NCBI GenBank assembly: GCA_964343885.1
Contig: CAYFLC010000003.1
Coordinates: 1-33,512 of the forward strand
Source: an uncultured Bifidobacterium sp.
Lineage (GTDB): Bacteria; Actinomycetota; Acidimicrobiia; Acidimicrobiales; Ilumatobacteraceae
Direction of reading: 5' to 3'
Length of the DNA stretch: 33,512 nucleotides
The notes under the pieces are model-generated. The model was given only the letters and a program-made list of their open reading frames with translations, searched no databases and had not been told where the DNA came from. A program made the translations under genes and the position numbers. Positions within the stretch are counted from its first letter, which is position 1; each line of letters opens with the position of its first letter. Below, in pieces: positions 9,022-16,756 of this stretch.

Positions 9022-10035
9022 GTGGGCGGCAAGCCACGTCAGTCGAACGAAGACGCGCTGCGTTCGCTGCGTGACTCTGTCGCGCCCCACGGTGTGCCGT
9101 CGGGTCCCGCACAACACGAGCCACGGAACAAACACGACAAGCGCATCATCACTGTCGAACTGCGCGAGCCTGCCGGCGACGAGGGCTGGCATTGGGTGGA
9201 AATCGATGGGCCGCTTCGTGGCATCGTCGATGCCGAGTTTCTGGTCGGCCTGACGAGCTTGCACGAATGCGACACGCTGCGCCTGCAGATTGACGTCGAT
9301 AAGAACGAGTTTCGAATCATCCAAACCGTTCCCCGCTCGCACAAAGGTCTCAGCGACAAGGAACGACGCGAACGCATCCGTGAGATCCGCAAGCTCGAAC
9401 GACCCAAAGTCGACAAACCCATCACGCATCTTGATGCGGCACCGCCACCGGGACTCCGGCGGGTCATCGGTGCCGTCGTCGCAATGATCGATGGCGACTT
9501 GATCACGTGGCGCGCGATCGATGGCGGCGAATCGGCAACTTCCACTTCACCACGCGCAAGCGAACTTTCGTCCGGCGATTCAATCAAGGTCGTGCTGCAG
9601 GAACGCGACGGCAAACTGGAATTCATCGATTTTGTCGCCCACACACTCGAGTCCCGCCCCACCGTGACGGAAAAGCCGAAGCTCGGCGAACTGGCTCTCG
9701 ATGCGATGTACAACCTCGAAGCGGGCGACGTGGTTGATGCATGGCTGTCGTTCGACGGCATTCCCGGCGTCGACGATGCCGGACGCGAAGGAAAGACCCG
9801 GCCGGCAATATTCGTGGCCAAACGCGGAACACGTGTGTTGCTGCGCGGAATCACCGATGGCGAGAACTCGTATGCAAAGCGACTCGGCACCGCGGCAATT
9901 CGTGACTGGCGCGACGCAGGTCTGAAGAAGCCCAGCGTTGTGATGGCCTACGACCAAGAAGTCGACATCGCCGATGTGTGGGTACGTCGTGGACGACTCA
10001 CAGAATTCGACCGCCGACACCTGCGCATCGGCTGA
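9022..10035 (+). CDS. Hypothetical protein with a MazF/PemK-like C-terminal domain, 337 aa
   Basis: It uses a GTG start 12 nt after the SDR stop. The C-terminal ~105 aa (GDVVDAWLSF..GREGKTRPAIFVAK..LLRGIT....GLKKPSVVMAYDQEVDIADV.VRRGRLTEFDRRHLRIG) follows the MazF/PemK pattern G-D-hydrophobic...RPxhhh...hPhT...S.h...Q..hD...h....G.L. The N-terminal ~230 aa has no recognised family. Confidence 0.6.
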   Translation: MGGKPRQSNEDALRSLRDSVAPHGVPSGPAQHEPRNKHDKRIITVELREPAGDEGWHWVEIDGPLRGIVDAEFLVGLTSLHECDTLRLQIDVDKNEFRIIQTVPRSHKGLSDKERRERIREIRKLERPKVDKPITHLDAAPPPGLRRVIGAVVAMIDGDLITWRAIDGGESATSTSPRASELSSGDSIKVVLQERDGKLEFIDFVAHTLESRPTVTEKPKLGELALDAMYNLEAGDVVDAWLSFDGIPGVDDAGREGKTRPAIFVAKRGTRVLLRGITDGENSYAKRLGTAAIRDWRDAGLKKPSVVMAYDQEVDIADVWVRRGRLTEFDRRHLRIG

Positions 10036-10047
10036 ACGTTCGCGGCA

Positions 10048-10533
10048 CTAGATCACGGGTTCATCGAGTGCGCGCTTGGCCGCCACCGGATCGGGCGTGA
10101 ATCCCGGGGTGTCTCGGCAGAACTCGACCATGATGCCGTTCGGGTCGAGGTAGTACTGCGAATGGCACCAGCCATGGTCGACATCCATGATCGGTTCGAT
10201 GCCTGCTGCCGCAAGCGCTGCCTTGGCACGAGCCTGACGTTCGACATCGGCCGAGAACGCAATGTGATTGACCCACACGGGAAGTCCGTTGCCGGTCGAC
10301 ACGTCGGATCGCCAACCCTCTTTCTCGCCCATCTTGTTCATCTCGAAGAAGGCGATACACGAACCGTCACCAAGATCGAAGAACAGGTGCCTGAACCACG
10401 AATCGGTATCGGGGATTCGCGTGACCTCGGTGTGAACCAGCGGAAAACCGAGAACGTCTTCATAGAAGTGGCGGGTCTCTTCGCCGTTCTTGCAGGCGTA
10501 GGCAACGTGATGAAGCCCTGTTGTTCTGTTCAT
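10048..10533 (-). CDS. VOC (glyoxalase/bleomycin-resistance/dioxygenase) family protein, 161 aa
   Basis: The N-terminal sequence LHHVAYACKNGEETRHFYEDVLGFPLVH is typical of the VOC beta-alpha-beta-beta-beta module. The start MNRTTG has an ATG that overlaps the upstream stop (ATGA). Confidence 0.72.
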   Translation of the reverse strand: MNRTTGLHHVAYACKNGEETRHFYEDVLGFPLVHTEVTRIPDTDSWFRHLFFDLGDGSCIAFFEMNKMGEKEGWRSDVSTGNGLPVWVNHIAFSADVERQARAKAALAAAGIEPIMDVDHGWCHSQYYLDPNGIMVEFCRDTPGFTPDPVAAKRALDEPVI

Positions 10534-11153
10534 CGCACCCTCAGTTTCATTGCCGGACCATCGGGCCCGTCGATTTCCTTCATCGGTTCTTCCACATCGT
10601 CGAACTCGGTTCGCAACGCGCGACTCATCACCGCATGCATCTCGTACATCGTCGTGATGTAGGTGAGTTCGAGAATCTCCTCGTCGCTGAGGTGACGCTT
10701 CAGCGCGTCGAACACTCCGTCTGCAACACGACCACCGTCGAACACCAGCGCATCGGCATAGGCGAGTACTGCACGTTCGAGTTCGGAGAAGCAATCAGCC
10801 GTTGCCCAATGATCAATCGCCGCGATCTTCTCTTCGTCGATCCCGACGGATCGGCACGACTTGCGATGTTGCGAGTAGACGAACCGGCTCTGGCGTGTCC
10901 AGCCGACGCGCGTTTGGGCGAGTTCCCGCAACTGCGGGTTCAACCGCCGATCGGCACTGCGATACAACGCGAATCCCCGCACCGAATGATCGAAGATCTC
11001 GGGCACGAGCGCGAAGACCGTCCACCAGTCACCGGGCGTTCCCGTGGCGGTTCCCGGCTCGGCGACCGGGTCACGATCGCCGAACAGCAGGTTGTACATC
11101 GGCAGAACCGAGGGGTCGGCTTCGGATCGAGAAACTTGACGCAAACGTGGCAT
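10530..11153 (-). CDS. AhpD-like / carboxymuconolactone decarboxylase family protein, 207 aa
   Basis: The CMD-like core is LNPQLRELAQTRVGW...FVYSQH...ELERAVLAYADAL....SDEEILELTYITTMYEM. I chose the start at MPRLRQV (ATG) with a purine-rich tract upstream. Confidence 0.65.
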   Translation of the reverse strand: MPRLRQVSRSEADPSVLPMYNLLFGDRDPVAEPGTATGTPGDWWTVFALVPEIFDHSVRGFALYRSADRRLNPQLRELAQTRVGWTRQSRFVYSQHRKSCRSVGIDEEKIAAIDHWATADCFSELERAVLAYADALVFDGGRVADGVFDALKRHLSDEEILELTYITTMYEMHAVMSRALRTEFDDVEEPMKEIDGPDGPAMKLRVR

Positions 11154-11206
11154 GACGCACCCCCGCCTCTTTCTACCACCCGTGCCGTATCGGCAAGACT
11201 GGCTGC

Positions 11207-13018
11207 ATGTCGGCCGCGAACCTCGGGCACCGCTCACCCCTGATCGGCACGGTCGTCGCCGTGAACGCGTCGCCCGGCGATGCCGTACGCGCGGGGCACG
11301 AAGTCATCGTCCTTGAATCGATGAAGATGGAGCACCCCGTCATGGCCGACGCCGACGGAACCATTGCTTCCATCACCGTTGCGGTTGGCGACACCGTCGA
11401 AGAGAACCAGATCCTCTTCACGATCACCCCCGGCACCGTCGCAAACGCAAGCGACGAAACCCAGAAAGCCGCTCCCACGGCCGAGCGCGCCGACTTGACC
11501 CGCTACCGCGAGCGGCGCAACCTCACCACCGACGCCGCCCGACCACAGGCCGTCCAAAAGCGGCACGATCGTGGCCAGCGAACAGCCCGCGAGAACATCG
11601 CCGATCTTGTCGACCCGGGCTCGTTCCACGAAGTCGGTGCATTCGGCGTCGCGGCCCAACGCCAGCGACGCAGTGCCGACGACCTGATCGCCAACACGCC
11701 GGCCGATGGCCTGGTCGGCGGCATGGCAAAACTCAACGGCGCACCCATCGCGGTCGCTTCGTACGACTACACCGTTCTGGCGGGCACGCAGGGCCTCATC
11801 AATCACATCAAGAAGGACCGCCTCTTCGCCTTCACCGAAGAGATGCGCCTCCCCTTCGTGTTGTTCGCAGAAGGCGGTGGCGGTCGCCCGGGTGACACCG
11901 ATTCGCACGGAGTCACCGGAATGGACTGCATGGCCTTCGCGCTCTTTGGCGCCCTCTCCGGCCTTGTACCGATCGTCGGCATTGCGTCGGGCTACTGCTT
12001 CGCGGGCAACGCTGCGCTCTTGGGTTGTTGTGACGTCATCATCGCATCCGAAAATTCGAACATCGGCATGGCCGGCCCCGCGATGATCGAAGGTGGCGGA
12101 CTCGGCCGCGTCGAGGCAACCGCCATCGGCGACATCGAAGTGCAGACGACCAACGGTGTCGTCGACATTCGCGTTCGCGACGAAGCGGAAGCCGTGGAAG
12201 CCACCAAGCGTTACCTCGATTACTTCCTGCGCCGACGCATCGAACCGCGGCCCGGCAACGACGAGGCCCTACGTGACGTTGTTCCCGAACAACGCACACG
12301 CGTTTATGCCGTTCGCGATGCGATCCAGAACCTCGCCGACGGCGGCGACTGGCTGGAACTCCGGCCAACTTTCGGCATCGGCATCGTCACCGCCCTCACA
12401 CGCATCGGCGGACACGCGGTCGGCATCATTGCGAACAATCCCGCATACCTTGGTGGCGCAATCGACAGCGACGCAGCCGACAAGGCGGCGCGATTCACAC
12501 AGCTCTGCGATGCGCACGACCTGCCCATCGTTTCACTCTGCGACACGCCCGGCTTCATGGTCGGCCCCGAAGCAGAAAAGACCGCACAAGTGCGCCACTT
12601 CAGCCGCATGTTCGTCACTGCGGGCAGCATCACGGTTCCGTGGATCACCGTGGTGCTGCGCAAGTGCTACGGCCTCGGCGCACAGGCCATGGCCGGCGGA
12701 ACCCTGCACGGTCGCTACCCCACCCTCTCGTGGCCCACGGGCGAATTCGGCGGTATGGGCCTGGAGGGCGCGGTACGACTCGGCTACCGCAAGGAAATCG
12801 AAGCCGTGGCCGACCTCGACGAGCGGCTGGCTCTCGAGAACAAGCTCATCGCGGCCGCGTACGAACGTGGTGGGGCCTTGAACATCGCCGCACATGCCGA
12901 GATCGATGAAGTGATCGACCCCGCCGAAACGCGCCAGCGACTCATCGCCCTGCTCGACGCCGCTCCGACTCCCCCGCAACGTCAGGGCAAGAAGCGCCCG
13001 ATGATCGACACCTGGTGA
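11207..13018 (+). CDS. Biotinyl (BCCP) domain fused to an acyl-CoA carboxyltransferase domain, 603 aa
   Basis: The N-terminal ~75 aa form a biotin/lipoyl-attachment fold containing VLESMKMEH. The remaining ~510 aa resemble an acyl-CoA carboxylase beta subunit (DPGSFHEVGAF, ADGLVGGMAKLNG, LFAEGGGGRPGD, LCDTPGFMVGPEAEK). Confidence 0.85.
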   Translation: MSAANLGHRSPLIGTVVAVNASPGDAVRAGHEVIVLESMKMEHPVMADADGTIASITVAVGDTVEENQILFTITPGTVANASDETQKAAPTAERADLTRYRERRNLTTDAARPQAVQKRHDRGQRTARENIADLVDPGSFHEVGAFGVAAQRQRRSADDLIANTPADGLVGGMAKLNGAPIAVASYDYTVLAGTQGLINHIKKDRLFAFTEEMRLPFVLFAEGGGGRPGDTDSHGVTGMDCMAFALFGALSGLVPIVGIASGYCFAGNAALLGCCDVIIASENSNIGMAGPAMIEGGGLGRVEATAIGDIEVQTTNGVVDIRVRDEAEAVEATKRYLDYFLRRRIEPRPGNDEALRDVVPEQRTRVYAVRDAIQNLADGGDWLELRPTFGIGIVTALTRIGGHAVGIIANNPAYLGGAIDSDAADKAARFTQLCDAHDLPIVSLCDTPGFMVGPEAEKTAQVRHFSRMFVTAGSITVPWITVVLRKCYGLGAQAMAGGTLHGRYPTLSWPTGEFGGMGLEGAVRLGYRKEIEAVADLDERLALENKLIAAAYERGGALNIAAHAEIDEVIDPAETRQRLIALLDAAPTPPQRQGKKRPMIDTW

Positions 13019-13028
13019 GACCAACGCA

Positions 13029-14441
13029 ATGATGAGGCGACGATTTGCCGGACTCGCGGCATGCCTTCTTGCGGTTTCCGCCTGCGGAAGTTCCGACTCC
13101 ACCATCTCGTCGGTCGCGGCGATTGATTCCGTGGAACCAGGTAACACATCTACCACTTCGACCCTCCCGTTCGAACCCAAACCCCTCGAGTGGAAGTCGT
13201 GCAACGGCGTCGAATGCGCAAACCTCGAGGTACCACGTGACTACTTCGCGCAGCCCTCGGCAACATTCACCTTGAAACTCGAACGTCAGCGAGCGCTCAA
13301 GTCAGACGAACGCATTGGCGTGCTCCTCGTCAACCCGGGTGGACCCGGCGCACCAGGCAGTTCGCTCGCCCAGAACGCCGCGTACTACTTCAGCCGCGAC
13401 ATCCTCGATCACTTCGACATCGTCGCCTGGGATCCACGCGGCACCGGCGAATCCACACCCGCCGTCGATTGCATCGACAACTACGACGACTGGTTCCACC
13501 AGCCCTTCACCGCCGAATCGGCGAAGTCGTTCATCGACGGTTGCACCCAGCGCAGTGGTGACATTCTCGACCACGTGGGCACCATCGACTCGGCGCGCGA
13601 CATCGAGGCAATCCGCCGCGCTCTCGGTGAGAAGCAAGTGTCGTACTTCGGGTTCTCCTACGGCGGAGTGCTCGGCCTCGTGTGGCAGAGCATGTTCCCG
13701 TCGACAGTTCGCGCCAGCGTCCTCGATGCTCCGCCGAGCCCCATCGCCAGTCGCGCCGAACGCATCGCCAGCCAGGCCGAGGGGTTCGAACGCGTGCTGA
13801 ACGAATTCCTGAAGAAGAACGATCTCACGTCAACCTTCGACGCCCTGACAGCCACACCACCCTCGGGACTGACGAAGCACATGATCCTCGCCGCGGCTGT
13901 TTCGGCGCTCTACGACGAAGAGTCGTGGCCCGAACTTGCCGATGCCCTGAACGCCGCCAAATCCGGCGACACGTCGAAGATCACGGCCCTCTACGAGGGC
14001 TACTACTACCAAGACGCCGGCTACGAGGATTACCGCAATACTTTCGAGGCCTCGGTCGCCATCGCGTGCTTCGATGACACACAGCGCACTTCGATCGGTG
14101 ACATCTCTTCGTTCGCTCCGCGCCTGGCTACTTTCTTTGCGCCCGACGAACTCTGCACGCAGTGGCCGACCAAGTCGAAAGAGGCCTACTTCTTCAGAGG
14201 AACCACGGCGAATCCAACAGTGATCATCGGCGCGACCGAAGACCCAGCCTCGCCGTTTGTCGGTGTTCAAGCGGCAGCAAGCATTGCCGGCAACGTGCGC
14301 TTGATAACCGTAGACGCGCGTCGCCACACGAGTTACCTCAACGTCGACTGCGTAACCAAGTTCGTCGACGATTACCTGATCAAATTGAATCCGCCGCCGA
14401 ATGCAACCTGCGCCTCAACTCCACCAACTACCGCGTCGTAA
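13029..14441 (+). CDS. Secreted lipoprotein, alpha/beta-hydrolase tripeptidyl aminopeptidase (S33, TAP-like), 470 aa
   Basis: A signal peptide with lipobox is present (MMRRRFAGLAACLLAVSAC-GSS). The nucleophile elbow GFSYGG and a C-terminal TAP-like segment (GATEDPASP...RRHTSY) are also present. Confidence 0.8.
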   Translation: MMRRRFAGLAACLLAVSACGSSDSTISSVAAIDSVEPGNTSTTSTLPFEPKPLEWKSCNGVECANLEVPRDYFAQPSATFTLKLERQRALKSDERIGVLLVNPGGPGAPGSSLAQNAAYYFSRDILDHFDIVAWDPRGTGESTPAVDCIDNYDDWFHQPFTAESAKSFIDGCTQRSGDILDHVGTIDSARDIEAIRRALGEKQVSYFGFSYGGVLGLVWQSMFPSTVRASVLDAPPSPIASRAERIASQAEGFERVLNEFLKKNDLTSTFDALTATPPSGLTKHMILAAAVSALYDEESWPELADALNAAKSGDTSKITALYEGYYYQDAGYEDYRNTFEASVAIACFDDTQRTSIGDISSFAPRLATFFAPDELCTQWPTKSKEAYFFRGTTANPTVIIGATEDPASPFVGVQAAASIAGNVRLITVDARRHTSYLNVDCVTKFVDDYLIKLNPPPNATCASTPPTTAS

Positions 14442-16756
14442 GAAGAATGTCGCTCGCGCCCCTGGTTGAGACGGTCGACGTTCCAACCGCAAGATTTGTC
14501 GACGTGAAATTCGCCAACAAGACGGTCCTACCGTTCGGCAACACCTCGATGTCGATCGCATCTTCGGTCGCAGACCAGCCATTACTGACGTTGCCGATTC
14601 TTTCCGCCGCGAGCCAGGTTCCGCTAGGTCCAAGCTTGAGGAGCGCGATGTCGCGTTGATGATCGGAGGGAGCCAACGTGTACGTACCGTATGTCGGCGT
14701 GCCCCACTGCTGATATATCGCGGCGACAACTATGGTTCCATTGGCCTGAATCGCGAGGCCAGCGACTCCGTCATATTGATTTCGCGCTCCACCGGTTGAA
14801 ATCCATTGCCATGTGCCCAAGGACGAGAGCTTCGCAACGTACATTCCGTTGTTCGTCATCGTGGTTTGGCCGAACACCATTCCACTTCCGTATGTTCCCG
14901 TGACCACCAAAGAACCGTTCGGCAAGACCCGCAATCCCTTGACAAAACCCCGGACCCACGATGGAGACGTCACGGTCGTCTGCCATTTGAACGTTCCTGA
15001 CGAGTCAACCTTCGTGATGATCGCGTTGTATTGGCCTTCGCGGTATTCGTAGTCAGTCCAGATGTTCGAATTGAAGAGCCCGCACGTTCCGTACGCATAG
15101 ACATCACCTGCGCCGTCGACCTCGAGGCGCAATTCCTCGCAGTCTGCAACGATCGGCTTCGCCCAACTCCAAGAACCCGACGGACTCAGGCGCGCCATGA
15201 ACCCGTGGGCGCTCGATGGGCTCAGAGTTGTCGAGCCCAAAGTCGTTGGCGCGTACTGGAACTTGCCACTGACGTACACGCCCCCATCGGTGCCAACTGC
15301 CACGCCGAGTGGCACCGTGTTGTAGGCACAACCGCCGGATTGAGCCGCCCACACCCACGATCGATCGCTGCTCATTTTCGCAACGAAGAGCTCACCTGAC
15401 GCGCATGACGTGGTGAGCACGGTCGACCCAAGCGTCAACGTTCCGCCGAATCGACCGGCAATCACAATCGAGTCATCGGGGAAAACATCGGCTGCGAGCA
15501 CACCAACTTCCCCGCCGGATGACCCGGACGGATACCCCCAAAGGTCGGTGGAACCATGCGAGAAGTTTTGAGCCCACATCCAATTGCCGAGTGCGGACGT
15601 TCGGGCGATAAACGTTTGGGGCAAATAGTCCGACGGCGACGCCGGATCAACCCGACCCGCCAAGGTAGTGGCCCCAAATGCGGACGGCCCGACATGGGTG
15701 CCGAGGACGATCATCGATCCGTCGGAAAGTGGAAGAAGGCTGGTGGAGCGATCGTCTCCCACGCCGCCAGCCTGGGCAGGGAATGAATCGACCCCAAAAG
15801 TCACCTTTACATAGAGGCGTTTGTATGTGCCATAACAGGGGTCGCCAAAGACTGAGTTACTCGCCTCGATTGTTGCTGTTGACTTCTCGAGCAAAGCCTC
15901 TTCGACCTTGAATCCGGAATTCGTTGAGTGACATGTACCAACTGTGTAGATCCCATTCGAACCCGTTGGCGTTCCATAACTCGCAAAGTCGACCTTGGTC
16001 ACCACCTTGCCCGGCGGTGCATTGAGGGTCAGTACCGAGTCTTCGTTGATTTCGAACCAATCGGGATAGGTCACGGGCGCCACCACCTGAGCAGCGCCGA
16101 TCGTGACGTTGAGACCCTGAATTTCGGCGGGCAAGAAGTTACGGTCGCCAGCTTTGGCTACCTTCACAACGCATTGGCCGACATTCTGCGCGTACAACTT
16201 CCAGTCGCCGGTGTTCTGATCCTTAGACACTGTGCAAATTGCGGTCCCCGAACTGATAACCGTGTACGTCACCTCGCCCTGGCCTGCACCACCCACAAGA
16301 GACAACGGGATGTTCGTTTGAACCAATCCCGAGGTCGGCGTGAATCCGAAGTCGGGCGATGCGTTCGTGATCTGTGATGCCTTGTTGAGTATGAAAGTAG
16401 CCGTGACGTTTCCGGCTGTGAAATTGTCCGTGGCTTCTTGCCGAGCAATCACCCTGATGGTTCCTGCCATACCCAGACTGAGAATGTTCGTTCCCGGCGT
16501 GATCGAAGCGACCGCCGGAGACAACGGAGCCGATGACAACGGAACGATCGCATATGTGAAATCGGCGGGAGAATCCGATGTCGGTGCTGTCAATGCGAAG
16601 TTCGCGTCGCCATAGGTCTTACTCGGGATATTGAAACCGGTGATTGTTGGGCTGGCCTTGTCGATCGTCAAAGTTGACGTGACGCTCGCCTCGTTCCAGT
16701 TCGTCGTAGCGGCCTGAGTCGCAGTCAACGAGACCGTTCCCGCACGCAGGACGACT
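14428..16756 (-). CDS. Large surface/secreted protein: Ig-like repeats + SUEL-type lectin-like domain + beta-propeller repeats; 5'-truncated at the fold point
   Basis: This is the 766-aa track ORF, and its frame stays open through the symmetry axis. It contains Ig-like modules (SKTYGDANFALTA), a lectin-like segment (FASYGTP..GTCHS...SNSVFGDPCYGTYKRLYVKV) and at least six repeats of the type G.VYVSGKF....LG.T.L......FVAKLS.SG.W.W. Confidence 0.72.

Larger units (their letters stand above)
1..16756. repeat. Left arm of a perfect, spacer-less inverted repeat that spans the whole window
   Basis: Every ORF in the track has a mirror twin with an identical protein, and their coordinates sum to 33513 (e.g. 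14428..16728 minus vs 16785..19085 plus; 29..274 vs 33239..33484). The first 32 nt of the window are the reverse complement of the last 32 nt. The centre reads cgcacgcaggacgact|agtcgtcctgcgtgcg. Confidence 0.97.

Noticed and set aside
14428-14441. 14-bp overlap of the convergent 3' ends of the aminopeptidase and surface-protein genes
   Set aside because: Short convergent overlaps are common in compact high-GC genomes. No structure or motif was seen there.
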